Assembly (NCBI GenBank): GCA_947445035.1
Contig: CANFCK010000001.1
Span: forward strand, 50,044 to 114,043
Direction: 5' to 3'
DNA from: Deltaproteobacteria bacterium
Lineage (GTDB): Bacteria; Myxococcota_A; UBA796; SXON01
DNA: 64,000 bases
The notes under the pieces were generated by a model, which saw only the letters and a list, made by a program, of their open reading frames with translations, was not told the DNA's origin and ran no database searches. The position numbers and the translations under genes were made by a program. This document shows positions 48,771 through 58,630 of the stretch, piece by piece; position 1 is the stretch's first letter, and the number at the start of each line of letters is the position of its first letter.

Positions 48771-51693
48771 TTACCAGGGTGGGCGCCCCGCGAATACTCG
48801 GGCGCACTCATCCGGGGAGAGGATTTCGAGACGCGTCGAGCCGGGCAGGTCGAGTTCGCGCGGACCGACGCGGTCACGCCAGAGACCGCGCGTCTCGGGC
48901 CGGGCGTAGGCCATCAGCGCGCAGACTTGAAGGCGATGGCGCGGGTGTGCGCTGCTCAGGGCCCCGGCGACGGCTTCGGGATCGACGTCGGTCGCCCCAA
49001 GCGCCAACCGGCAGGCCTGAACGAAAGCGATCAAGTCCGCGCGCTGGGAGTTCGAGCCCGCGGCCTCGTCCGCCCACGCCAACGCCAACGGGTCCCCTCC
49101 GCGCCAGGCCTGCGCCGCCGCGGTCAGACAAAGAGTGAGGTGCCGGTTGTCGTTGCTGACCGCGCGGGAGGCGGCCATCACCTCATCGTCAAGCTCGACC
49201 ACGTCGCCGCCCCGGTACCGGGCGACCAACCAGTAGGTGAACCCGAGCGCCTCGGCGCGGGCCAGCCGCAGGGTCCTCCCCAACGCCTCCAACTCGGCGG
49301 CGGCCACCGCCGCTGCCTCGAAGTCGAAACAATCCAAAAGAGCCGCCGCGAGGTTTCCGAGGGCGATGGTCCGGGCGGCCGGATGTGTCGATGTCGCGAC
49401 TGCATCCTGGTGGTGTCGGACGGCGTCGCGGTACCGTCCCTGTTCGTACGCGCGCTGGCCTCGCCACGTCTGGATTCGACTTCGCCGCTGCGGCCGCGTT
49501 GATGACGGCCTCCGGGTCGGCCAGCCCCAGCCGGACTGCCGCGCGCACCAGGAGCGCCCGCCGCCAGAACTCGAGCTCATCGGCGAAGGGCGAACACCGT
49601 TCGACGGCGGCGGCGGCCTCGCGGAGGTCGCCGGCCAAGGCGCGGGCGTACGCGCGGACCAACTGAAGGGCGTGGGCCGACGTGCCAGGCGGGAGGCGGG
49701 AGATCGCGCTTTCCGTCGCCGCAATGGTGCGCGCCGTCCCGTCCGTCAGCGCCGCGCGCACCAGCAGCGACACCCCAGTGGCCACCAGCGCCGCAGGCGT
49801 GTCCTGCCCGGCGCGACCCAGAATCGGCAACATCGCCGCGACCGCATGCGCCGCGCGGCCCTCCCCGAGGAGCCTTTCCCCCCACGCCGCCGCACACATC
49901 AGCGCTTCGGGCACGTCACCCGCGGCGGAGAGCTGCTGGAGCCGAGCCGCGCTGTCCGCGGGGAAAACCGAGGCCAGGCGCCGGTGTACGTCGACCAGAC
50001 GCTCTTCCGGCCAGGAGAACATGTCCGCGGGAGACACCCGGGCCCGCCAGCTGCCCTCCCGGTCCAAAACGGCGACCCCAGCCTTCGCGAGCTCGCCGAG
50101 ACCGACCTCCACCTCCCAGTCCGGCACGCCCATGGCCGTGGCGAGCATTTCCGCGGTGGCGTTGTCGGCCAGCACCACCCACGCGAGGAGCTCTTCGCCG
50201 CTCGCGTCGGAGAGGCGACGGGCTTCATTCTGGGTTTGATCGCCCAGAAAGCGCCCGCCCTCCAGCTGATCGATGGCGTCGCGATCGAGAAAGAACTTGT
50301 CCCCCTCGCGGGTGGCGAGTCCGGCCAGCGTCCACGCGTCAAGCTCTGCCGCGACCTGCACCGCGTTGCCGCCGGTTCGATGGGCCAGGAGTTTGGAGGC
50401 GTCTTCGCGGACGTGAAAGAACAGGTTGAAGCCACCAAACCAGCCCCGCAGCGCGTCGGGGGAAAACAGCGCCAACCGAAGCGAGGCAGTCGGTTCACCC
50501 AACACGACGAAGTGGCCACAGCCCCGCAGGCGCTCGACGACCTTCCGCGACCAAGGATCCAGCTGATCTTTCGCGTCGACGATGACCGTCGCCCCGGCGG
50601 CCAGGAGTCCGCGCAGCGCTTCCTCCACGCCCGAGGGACCGCCAGCCATGACCTCGTCGGGCACCAGCGCCCGGACAGAGCTGAGCGGCCGAGCGCCGGC
50701 ACGGGTCATCAGCGCAGCTCGGCCGGCAGCGACGAGGCGGACGGCAAGCTCCCGAGCGAACCGGGTGCGTCCGACACCAGACTCGGCGGCAATGTGGACG
50801 TCCCGACCCGCCATCGCCTCGGCGACGACATGGGAGAGCAGATCGTGCACGGCGAGCAGCGGCAGCGGGTCACGGACCTCGGGGGTGCCGCCTTCCGCCA
50901 GGAGCATCCGTCGCGTCTCGGCCGCACTAGCCGGCCGCTCCCCAGGCATCGGGGCCAAGAGCGCCTGGATCACCCGCGCGACCCCCGCGGGCACGTCGGA
51001 TGCGGTGTCGGCCAAGGGCGGCACGATGATCGTGTGCGCAGTGGTGAGCCGGCTGCCCATCGACACCGCATCCATCGGCCCCGTTCCCGCCAGGGCGTCG
51101 TAGAGCATCACGCCCAGCGCGAAGAGGTCGGCGCGGGGATCGACGCGACGGCCGAGGAACTGTTCCGGGGCGAGGTAGCGAGGCGTGCCGATGAGCGCCC
51201 CGTCGCGGGTGACCGAGCTGTCCCCGGGGGTCCCGCGCGCGAGGCCGAAGTCGAGCAGCACCACCCGACCCGCACGATCCACCATGATGTTGGCCGGCTT
51301 CAGGTCGCGGTGGATGATGCCGGTCGCGTGTACGTTCGCCAGAATCTCCAAGAGCCGGAGGGTCGGTTCGCGAAGCTCGAGCCAGCTCAGCCGTCCCGAT
51401 GCGCCGGGAAACGGCGTCCCGTCCAGGAGCTCCATCACGATGTAGGGCTCGCCGAGGTGTTCGCCCTCGTCAATCAGCTGGACGACGCCCGAGATGCGAA
51501 GCGTCTGCAACGCGGCGATCTCACGACGAAAGCGGGCCCGATGGGCGCTGGAGGTGGTGCGCACGAGCTTGAGTGCGGCCTGACCTCCGCGAACGCGGTC
51601 GGTCACCCGCCAGACGCGGCCACCGCCGCCGGTGCCGATGAGCTCATTCAGCTCCCACCGGCCATCAATCACCTGCTCACTCACAGCGCCCAA
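48771..51693 (-). pseudogene. Hanks-type Ser/Thr kinase with degenerate NTPase and TPR-like regions, frameshifted near 49480
   Basis: IGTGGGG, ALK, HRDLKPAN, DFGLA, GTPRYLAPE. Frame 49189..51693 loses protein-like character after AAAAAKS, while frame 48771..49724 continues TWRGQRAYEQGRYRDAV (TPR-like). Confidence 0.8.
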
Positions 51694-51734
51694 CCTCGTC
51701 CCCGGGCCGTATCGCAGTGCGATAGGGACCGAGA

Positions 51735-52097
51735 CTGACCGAGCCCCTCCGACGTGAACTCGCCTCTCCAGTCGGTCCGCACCTTGCGGTTCTCGATGAC
51801 GATGGCGCGCTCGTCGAGCTCGGCCGCGCTCGGGTCGAGGTCCACGGTCACCCGCGCATGCATCCCACCTTCGACCTGCTGGCGTCGGAGTTGCAGCGGT
51901 ATTGGGCTGGGGATGCGGTCCGGTTCACGGTGCCAGTGAACCCGCCAGGCTCGGGGCAGGCCAACGGCGCCAATCCGGTGGCGATCGTCATTCCTTGCCA
52001 TCGCGTCATCGGAAAAGACGGGAGCCTCGTCGGGTACGCCGGTGGGCTCGACATGAAGCGGGCCCTTTTGCGCGTGGAGCGCTGGCTGTTTCTATGA
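51735..52097 (+). pseudogene. ogt: Methylated-DNA--protein-cysteine methyltransferase (Ogt) with internal deletion
   Basis: In-frame N-terminus SPVGPHLAVLDDDGAL and active site NPVAIVIPCHRVIG...GYAGG present. The FQ..VW..IPYG..SY..RAVG DNA-binding segment is missing. The only start candidate before the N-terminus is CTG 51735. Confidence 0.8.
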
Positions 52098-52328
52098 CGC
52101 CGGGGCCATGGCCCGCTCGATCATCCGGTCGAACTCCCGCGCCACCTCCTCGGGAACCTGCTGCTCGGCCAGTTCGACGCTCAGGGCCAGGGTCACGTCG
52201 TAGGTAGACAAGAGCGCCCGACAACAGGGGCACATCCACGCATGGAACAGGAGCGACGCCCGCGCCGCCACCGGAAGCTCCCCGGCCCGGTACACCCCGA
52301 CGCGGTCCGCGAGTTCTCGACAGGTCAT
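52092..52328 (-). CDS. zf-HC2 zinc-finger anti-sigma factor
   Basis: MTCRE...HAWMCPCC (HxxxCxxC); ATGA overlap with the ECF gene. Confidence 0.88.
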   Translation of the reverse strand: MTCRELADRVGVYRAGELPVAARASLLFHAWMCPCCRALLSTYDVTLALSVELAEQQVPEEVAREFDRMIERAMAPAS

Positions 52329-52936
52329 CGTGCCCCCTTCAGTTCGATTGCGAGCCACTCGCGGAGCTGCAACCGTGTGCGGTGCAGTCGCGTCTTCACA
52401 TTGGCGACGTGCAGCCCGGCGATCGCCGAAATCTCCTGCATGGACAGCTGCTCGACGTCGGCCAGCGCCCACAGCTCCCTAGCGTCCTCCGGCAGCCGTT
52501 CGACGAGGGTGGCGAGGCGTTGCGCCATCCGCGCCCGCTCCAGCGCGTCGTCGGCCCGTGGCCAACGGGTGTGGCGCTCCAGGCGGTGGCCGCCATCGTC
52601 GTACCAGGCGTCGATGTCGTCCATCGCCTCAGCCGGCTTCCGCCGACGGCTACGGAGCCGCATCCGCGCGTGATTGAGCGCGATCTGCCCCAGCCACGCG
52701 CCAAGTGCAGTGTCGTCCTGCAGCTGCTCGATGCTGCGCCACGCGCTGGTGAGGGTGTCCTGGAGGATGTCCAGGGCCTCCTGCCGCTCGCGAGTCACCG
52801 ACCAAGCGATGCCGTAAAGCCGGTCCCGATGGGCATGACACAGCTCGGTGAACGCGGCACGATCGCGCGAGCGGAGGCGTTGCACCAGCGGGAGGCTCAC
52901 CCCCGTTGCGTAGCGTTCCGAGCGCGGCAAGGCCAT
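52325..52936 (-). CDS. ECF RNA polymerase sigma factor
   Basis: Region 2 (EALDILQDTL..AW...WL.QIALN) and region 4 (LSMQEISAIAG...VKTRLHR); start at 52936 chosen from the promoter position. Confidence 0.92.
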   Translation of the reverse strand: MALPRSERYATGVSLPLVQRLRSRDRAAFTELCHAHRDRLYGIAWSVTRERQEALDILQDTLTSAWRSIEQLQDDTALGAWLGQIALNHARMRLRSRRRKPAEAMDDIDAWYDDGGHRLERHTRWPRADDALERARMAQRLATLVERLPEDARELWALADVEQLSMQEISAIAGLHVANVKTRLHRTRLQLREWLAIELKGAR

Positions 52937-52947
52937 GACCACGGGCC

Positions 52948-52974
52948 TACGATGCCGCAAAGCGAAAAAAGTTC
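52948..52974 (-). promoter_or_regulatory. RpoE-type ECF promoter upstream of the ECF gene
   Basis: Minus strand GAACTT-N16-TCGTA, close to the sigmaE-type GAACTT-N16-TCnnA consensus. Confidence 0.6.
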
Positions 52975-53034
52975 TGCTGTTGGCTTGTCAAGAGGACCGC
53001 AATCCTGTATCCAACGGGTTGCAGGCTCACCTCC

Positions 53035-53745
53035 ATGCTGCGCTACGCCCGAATCACCGCTGCCATCGTCGGCACCCTCGCGCTCCTCGGCGCGGTGGGG
53101 TGGCTGGCCGTCGGCTCGCCGTGGCTCCGGTACCAGCGCCTGGACATCGTCGGCAACGATCGCGCCGACGGCGTGCAGCTTCGGCACCTGGCGCGGCTCC
53201 CGGAGGGCGAAGCGCTGGTTTTGCTGGACCTGCGCGGCGCGCTCGCCGGTGTTGAACGGCACCCGTGGGTCAAGCGCGCGACGGCCAGCCGCCGCTTCCC
53301 AAATGCCGTGGTCATCGAGGTCGTAGAGCGTACGCCCGTGGCGCTGGTCCAGCTCGAAGGGCTCTACCTCGTCGACGAGGAAGGCACGCTCTTTGCGCGC
53401 GCCAGCGGCGGTGATCTAGACCATCCGATCCTCTCTGGACTCGATCCCGCCTTGCTCACCGCGCAGCCCGAGCTCTCCCGGCGGTTGGTGCGGGCGGGCC
53501 TGGATTGGCTGGCCGCGGCGCAGGCCCAGGGCGGCTTGGCGGAAGCCGATATCTCCGCGCTGCACTTCGACGCAAAGACGGGGTACACCCTGTATCTTCG
53601 CAACGGTGGCGAGGTTCTTGTCGGCTTCACCGGCAACGAACGAGTCGCTCGCCTCAGCATGCTGACCGCCCGCGGTCTCGACCTGCGCACCCCCCATCGC
53701 GTAGACCTCGCCTCCGACCGCGTCGCGGTCGTCACTCCCCTGTAG
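53035..53745 (+). CDS. ftsQ: Cell division protein FtsQ/DivIB
   Basis: Single TM, POTRA ([28 protein letters not shown]), YLVDEEG; upstream of ftsZ. Confidence 0.9.
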   Translation: MLRYARITAAIVGTLALLGAVGWLAVGSPWLRYQRLDIVGNDRADGVQLRHLARLPEGEALVLLDLRGALAGVERHPWVKRATASRRFPNAVVIEVVERTPVALVQLEGLYLVDEEGTLFARASGGDLDHPILSGLDPALLTAQPELSRRLVRAGLDWLAAAQAQGGLAEADISALHFDAKTGYTLYLRNGGEVLVGFTGNERVARLSMLTARGLDLRTPHRVDLASDRVAVVTPL

Positions 53746-53828
53746 TTTCCCCCGCTTCTCCCTCCGTCTCTCTCTCCCCGCTCTCCCTCCCCGGCATGCA
53801 GGCCGGACAAATCCCCGCAGAGGTTGCC

Positions 53829-54950
53829 ATGATCGACATTGTTGAAAACGAACTCGTAGGCGCGCGCATCAAGGTGGTCGGCGTCGGCGGCGGCGGCGGC
53901 AACGCCGTCAACCACATGGTCCGGGCCGGGCTTCACGGCGTGGAGTTCATCGCGATGAACACCGATGCCCAGGACCTCAAGCGCTCGCTGGCGCCCCGTC
54001 GCTTCCAGCTTGGCGCCCAGCTCACCAAGGGCCTTGGCGCCGGTGCCGACCCCGAAGTGGGCCGTGAAGGCGCGCTCGAAGATCGGGACCGGATCGCCGA
54101 GCTGCTCGCGGGCGCCGACATGGTCTTTGTCACCGCCGGCATGGGCGGCGGCACCGGCACCGGCGCCGCACCCGTCGTCTGCGAGGTCGCCCGCGAGCTC
54201 GGCGCCCTCACCGTCGCCGTCATCACCCGCCCCTTCGCCTTCGAAGGCCGTCGGCGCCGTCGCCAGGCCGAAGAGGGCATGGAAGCCATGATGCAGCACG
54301 TCGACACGCTCATCAGCATCCCCAACCAGCGCCTCCTCGCGATGAGCACCGAGCGCACCCTGATGACCGAAGCGTTCGGCATGGCCGACGACGTCCTGTT
54401 CCAGGCGGTCAAGGGCATCAGCGACCTCATCAATGACCAGGGTGTCATCAACGTCGACTTCGCCGACGTGCGCACCATCATGGCCAACAAGGGTCGGGCG
54501 CTGATGGGCGTCGGCAAAGGCTCCGGCCAGCACCGCGCGGTCGATGCGGCGCAACGCGCGATCAGCTCGCCGTTGCTCGACGATCTCAGTATTTCAGGGG
54601 CGACCAGCGTGCTTCTGAACTTCACCGGCGGGCCGAGCCTGTCGCTCTACGAAGTCAACGAGGCCGCACAGATGGTCGCGGAAGAGACCGCCGAAGACGA
54701 AAACGTCATCTTCGGGCTGGTCATCGACGAGACCATGGGCGACGAGGTCCGTGTGACCGTGGTCGCGACGGGATTCCAGGAAGCCCGCCAGCGCGGCGCG
54801 CCCCCGATCCCCGCCGAAGTGCGCATCGCCAAGGCCGTCAACGCCAACACCTCGCCGTCTCGCGGCGGCGGCCGCGGCATGAGCAGCGGCTTTGACACCT
54901 TGCGCAGCGAAGACTACGACATCCCGACGTTCTTCCGCGGAAGGGACTGA
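53829..54950 (+). CDS. ftsZ: Cell division protein FtsZ
   Basis: ATG 53829; [30 protein letters not shown]-terminal DIPTFFR. Confidence 0.98.
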   Translation: MIDIVENELVGARIKVVGVGGGGGNAVNHMVRAGLHGVEFIAMNTDAQDLKRSLAPRRFQLGAQLTKGLGAGADPEVGREGALEDRDRIAELLAGADMVFVTAGMGGGTGTGAAPVVCEVARELGALTVAVITRPFAFEGRRRRRQAEEGMEAMMQHVDTLISIPNQRLLAMSTERTLMTEAFGMADDVLFQAVKGISDLINDQGVINVDFADVRTIMANKGRALMGVGKGSGQHRAVDAAQRAISSPLLDDLSISGATSVLLNFTGGPSLSLYEVNEAAQMVAEETAEDENVIFGLVIDETMGDEVRVTVVATGFQEARQRGAPPIPAEVRIAKAVNANTSPSRGGGRGMSSGFDTLRSEDYDIPTFFRGRD

Positions 54951-55104
54951 AAGGGGAGGTTGATCCAGGTTCGAACTCACGCCCGCTGCGTACGCCGGCA
55001 ACTAGCCGGCGCGCTACCGCGGGTTCGCCCGAGGGTTACCGCCGCTCGGCGGCACGCTCCCAGTCCGCCGGATGTCGGCCAATGCGCGGCCTTCGACATC
55101 CGCT

Positions 55105-55220
55105 CGTCGCGCCGAGTACGCCCAGCCCGTCGAGAGCTACCGGCGGGAGCAAGATGGCAAGATGGCAAGCCGACGTGCCGGGTGCTCGCCTCGCTCGGGG
55201 CGCTGGACGAGGTCAGCAGC
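55105..55220 (+). mobile_element. IS1634-family-like transposase N-terminal remnant
   Basis: Removing one copy of the 8-bp duplication caagatgg (55150-55165) gives YAQPVESYRREQDGKPTCRVLASLGALDEV, resembling the IS1634 N-terminal motif. Confidence 0.6.
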
Positions 55221-55376
55221 GGTGGCGCCCTCGGTGCCACCAAACAACCCCACACAGCCGAAGAGAAGGGCAATGCCCGCGAATAGACTCAGCCGCGTCG
55301 GCACTCCAACTTCGCGGACCGGCTATCTCCGAAGGGGGCCGAGCACAACACCCGATCACCGCGCCCCCGGGCCCCG

Positions 55377-55805
55377 TCAACCCCCTTCCAAAAACCCCGT
55401 CATGCCCGCGGATGCGTTCCCCGCCGCATCGATCACCCAGAGCTCGACGGTGTAGTCGTTGCTGGTGATCACATCGGGAATCTCGATGATCAGGGTGGGA
55501 GCGGTCCAACAGGCGCCGCTGACGTCCGCACACGCCCGGATCATGTACTCGAAGCCCACCGGCTGGCCGGCATCGGTCGCCACGTCGAATTTCGCGACCC
55601 CGTCGACGAGATCGCCCTCGACGTCGGACACGGTCGCGTCGGCGTGCATCTGAAAGACGCCGGGAGAGAGTTCGTCCCAGATGACCTCCAGCGCGGCGAT
55701 CACCGGCGCTTCGCCGACGGCCGCGGTGTCGGCCGTATCGTCGGAGCCTTCGGCAGTGGCCGTATCGGTATCGCCGGCCGTACACGCGAACAGGAAGATG
55801 AGCAT
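55377..55805 (-). CDS. Small lipoprotein with DT-rich linker and Ig-like domain
   Basis: MLIFLFAC; DVEGDL and VIDAAGNAS motifs. Confidence 0.78.
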   Translation of the reverse strand: MLIFLFACTAGDTDTATAEGSDDTADTAAVGEAPVIAALEVIWDELSPGVFQMHADATVSDVEGDLVDGVAKFDVATDAGQPVGFEYMIRACADVSGACWTAPTLIIEIPDVITSNDYTVELWVIDAAGNASAGMTGFLEGG

Positions 55806-55901
55806 GGCCGAAGTGTACCTCGCGGAGGAGTAATCCACGCTCTACGAGCCTACCGGCCCCCCGGATCGAGCGGGTTAACAAAAGGAACTCCCAGGGTTCT
55901 C

Positions 55902-56294
55902 ATGTCCCCTCTTCGCGTGGTCCTCGTCGGCGTCCTCGGCCTTCCCGTCCTGGCCTGTTCGGGCTTCACCGAAGGCTTCAAGCAAGGCTTCGACAAGTCC
56001 TTCCGCCAGAGCTTCATCGACTCCTGCGCGGCCGAGCGCACGCCGGAAATCACCCCGGAGCAGATGACCGCGATGTGCGAATGTGGCGCCGACGGGCTGC
56101 TCAAGGAATACACCGCCACCGAACTGATGAAGCTCTCGACCGAGAATCCCGAGATCATCGGGCAGAAGGCCGAGCCGATCATGACCGCGTGCGCCATGAA
56201 GGTGATCCTGGGCGAGGGGGCCGAAGTGGCGCCGGCCGAGATGCCGGCACGCGCGCCCGAGCTGGTTGAGCCGGCCGTCGCCCCCGCGCCGTAG
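55902..56294 (+). CDS. Hypothetical lipoprotein with Cys motif (C...CEC...C)
   Basis: ATG 55902; VLAC lipobox; FTEGFKQGFDKSFRQSFIDSC. Confidence 0.8.
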   Translation: MSPLRVVLVGVLGLPVLACSGFTEGFKQGFDKSFRQSFIDSCAAERTPEITPEQMTAMCECGADGLLKEYTATELMKLSTENPEIIGQKAEPIMTACAMKVILGEGAEVAPAEMPARAPELVEPAVAPAP

Positions 56295-56295
56295 C

Positions 56296-56469
56296 TCAGG
56301 AAAGGACCGCCGCCAGCGCCCAACCGACGGCACCGAGCGCAAACCCAGCGTGGATCGCGCCTTCCGCAAGCCGCGCCCGACCCCTGCGTGCAGCCGCTCG
56401 AACCGCAGTCCGGATGCGGGCCAGGGCTGCCGGTTCCAGGGGGAGCGGCGGCAAGGATTCAGGTGTCAT
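56296..56469 (-). CDS. 57-aa membrane protein, putative anti-sigma factor (not in ORF track)
   Basis: MTPESLPPLPLEPAALARIRTAVRAAARRGRARLAEGAIHAGFALGAVGWALAAVLS*; ATGA overlap with the ECF stop; C-terminal TM. Confidence 0.7.
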   Translation of the reverse strand: MTPESLPPLPLEPAALARIRTAVRAAARRGRARLAEGAIHAGFALGAVGWALAAVLS

Positions 56470-57002
56470 GCGAGAGCCTCCTCAAGGGTGCGGCGAGCGC
56501 GGGCGAGTCGTTGGCGGGTGGCGTCGGGACTGAGCCCCAGGATGGTGGCGACGTCGATGGGATCGAGGCCCTCGCCCACCACCAGCAAGAAGACCTCCCG
56601 CTGCGGCTCGGGCAGCGCGGCGATGGCGATGCTCAGCCGCGCCTGGGCACGGGAGGCGTCCAGGCTGTCGGCCGGCGTCTCGGCGCGTGGGCGGGGCGCT
56701 CCCGCCAGCGCCAGGAGGCGCGTCCCGTCGAGCCAAGCCCAGCGCCGGTGAGAGCGCCACAGGTTCCGGGCGACGGTAAAAACCCACGCGCCCAGGCGCG
56801 TGTCCTCTCGCAATCGGGGCGCAGCTTGCACCAGTCGCACCAGCGTCTCCTGCACCAACTCCTCGGCGATCGACGCGCTGGCGCCGAGTCGACGGAGGAA
56901 GGCGTTGAGCCGCGGAGCATACTCGGTCACGACGATATCCACCGTTTCGGCATCCAGTCGCCGAAGGGCGGCCAGGTCGATGACGGGGTCGCTCGCGCTC
57001 AT
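56466..57002 (-). CDS. ECF RNA polymerase sigma factor
   Basis: AEELVQETL, AWVFTVARNL, LPEPQREVFLL, ATRQRLARAR; ATG 57002. Confidence 0.92.
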   Translation of the reverse strand: MSASDPVIDLAALRRLDAETVDIVVTEYAPRLNAFLRRLGASASIAEELVQETLVRLVQAAPRLREDTRLGAWVFTVARNLWRSHRRWAWLDGTRLLALAGAPRPRAETPADSLDASRAQARLSIAIAALPEPQREVFLLVVGEGLDPIDVATILGLSPDATRQRLARARRTLEEALA

Positions 57003-57022
57003 GCCTGCCTCATGCCCCGCGC

Positions 57023-57110
57023 AACGAACGAGCGCGGGCCGCGTGACGCACGCCGCCGTTGAATTTTTTTTCTTGAAAATCTGCGTCACGGGGGCCGGCC
57101 TGGTTGGTTG
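57023..57110. promoter_or_regulatory. Back-to-back divergent ECF-type promoters
   Basis: TGCGTCAC-N16-CGTTG on the minus strand (from 57050) and TGCGTCAC-N16-GGTTG on the plus strand (from 57082), separated by an AT-rich tract. Confidence 0.65.
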
Positions 57111-57129
57111 ACCCCGTCGGAGGTTCTCG

Positions 57130-57480
57130 ATGATCTACTTCATGATGGGCGGCTTTCCGATGTTGGTGATTCTGGTCTTCGGCCTTTTGGGGGTGGTCAA
57201 CGCGGCGCGGTTCGCCTGGGCGCCGGGGCCCGGCCGCCTCGGGTACCTGCTTGCCCTCGGGGCAGGCGTACTCTTCGCCGGTATCGGCGGGGTGGCGGTG
57301 GACCTGATCGCGGTGGCGGTCAACGTGCCCCAACACCCCGAGTGGATCGCCGAATCGGGGCTGGGCCTCGTCGTCCTTCAGGGTGTCGGCGAATCGCTCA
57401 CGCCGCTGGTCTTCTCGACGGGAATGCTGATGGCGCAGGCGCTGTTGATGGCGCTGGGGCTGCGTCGCCTCGAGGACTGA
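57130..57480 (+). CDS. Small 3-TM membrane protein (MotA/TolQ/ExbB-like N-terminus)
   Basis: FMMGGFPMLVIL start, three hydrophobic segments, GGAGG RBS. Confidence 0.78.
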   Translation: MIYFMMGGFPMLVILVFGLLGVVNAARFAWAPGPGRLGYLLALGAGVLFAGIGGVAVDLIAVAVNVPQHPEWIAESGLGLVVLQGVGESLTPLVFSTGMLMAQALLMALGLRRLED

Positions 57481-57494
57481 AGTACATTGTCGGG

Positions 57495-58178
57495 ATGCAG
57501 ACACCGCATCTCGATGCCCAGTACGAACGCGAGGTTCAGGCGATTGCGACCGGACTGGCCCGGGTCGGGGCGCGCGCGGAGCACATGGTGCGGGATGGTT
57601 CGCGGGCCCTGCTTGAGCGTAACCCAGCCCTTGCCCGCAACGTGATGCAGGTAGATGGTGAGCTTGACCGTGCGGAAGTCGAACTCGACTACGAATGTGT
57701 CACGCTCTTGGCCCGACGCGCCCCGGTCGGAGAAGACCTTCGTTTGGTGATGACCGCGCTCAAAAGTGTGGTCGACATGGAGCGCATGGGGGACCTCGCC
57801 GGCCACGTGGCCGAGCGCTCGATCGAGCTGACGACCAGCGTTGGCATCGAGGTTCAGCCTGAGTGCGTGGAGATCGCCGCGGCGGTGGTTGCCAACGTGG
57901 AGCGCGTGATGCGCGCGCTCGGCGACAAGAATGGCGCCGAGGCTCGCGCGGTCATCACCGCGGACCACGCCATCGACACGCTCCACAACCAGCATCTGCG
58001 GCGGCTGATTCAGCTGGCCAAGGATCACCCCGACCAGCTCGAACGCACCCTGGCCTGGGCAAGTGTGTCGCGACACCTTGAACGCATCTCCGATCACGCG
58101 TGCAACATCGCCGAAATGGTGGTGTTCCTAGCGGAAGGCGAAATGTTGCGCCACGGCGGACCGCGCGCCCAGACTTGA
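57495..58178 (+). CDS. phoU: Phosphate signalling complex protein PhoU
   Basis: Two PhoU repeats: APVGEDLR...DMERMGDLA and HLERISDHACNIAE. Confidence 0.93.
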   Translation: MQTPHLDAQYEREVQAIATGLARVGARAEHMVRDGSRALLERNPALARNVMQVDGELDRAEVELDYECVTLLARRAPVGEDLRLVMTALKSVVDMERMGDLAGHVAERSIELTTSVGIEVQPECVEIAAAVVANVERVMRALGDKNGAEARAVITADHAIDTLHNQHLRRLIQLAKDHPDQLERTLAWASVSRHLERISDHACNIAEMVVFLAEGEMLRHGGPRAQT

Positions 58179-58260
58179 GTTGGCCACGGCGCTGCGTGGT
58201 GGGTCGGACTCATCCTTTGCGCGGCCGGTGCCGATCGGGTTGGTGTACCGAGAGCCTCCG

Positions 58261-58425
58261 ATGTCCCGCCAGCACTCACACTCTCTTCGTCGCCGCACGA
58301 TTGGCATGCTCTACGTCGAGCTTGGCCTGATCACGCGGTCCCAACTGAACCTTGCCCTCGTGGAGTGCGCTCACCAGCGCGTTCCGCTCCCGGACGCCCT
58401 CCGTCGCTTGGGCTACCTCGGTTGA
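58261..58425 (+). CDS. Stand-alone MshEN-like small protein (54 aa)
   Basis: TIGMLYVELGLITRSQLNLAL...LPDALRRLGYL resembles the RLGxxLxxxGxIxxxQLxxAL motif. Confidence 0.65.
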   Translation: MSRQHSHSLRRRTIGMLYVELGLITRSQLNLALVECAHQRVPLPDALRRLGYLG

Positions 58426-58467
58426 GCCTTGCCGCAGCCGGGCGCTTCGTATAGAAGGCGGCCCGCC

Positions 58468-58544
58468 GGCTTCGTAGCTCAGTTGGTTAGAGCACGCGGT
58501 TCATAACCGCGGTGTCGTAGGTTCAAGTCCCACCGAAGCCACCA
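58468..58544 (+). tRNA. tRNA-Met (CAT), elongator type
   Basis: Acceptor GGCTTCG/CGAAGCC plus ACCA, anticodon arm CGCGG-TTCATAA-CCGCG, GTTCAAGTC T-loop. Paired 1:72 and no GGG/CCC anticodon stem argue against the initiator; Ile2 is less likely. Confidence 0.93.
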
Positions 58545-58630
58545 TAGATCGTGCCAAAGGGAGAAAGCGCTCGCCGCCCTCTCCCCCACCGCGTCGTTCC
58601 CTCCAGCCTCCTAGCTTCGCTTTCCGGCCT

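Noticed and set aside
58468..58544. Initiator tRNA-fMet or tRNA-Ile2
   Set aside because: G1-C72 is paired and the three G-C anticodon-stem pairs are absent. The acceptor stem and T-stem mismatch resemble elongator tRNA-Met; Ile2 cannot be strictly excluded.
58468..58630. tRNA as the integration site of a genomic island
   Set aside because: No integrase nearby and no duplicated tRNA 3' end was seen in the window.
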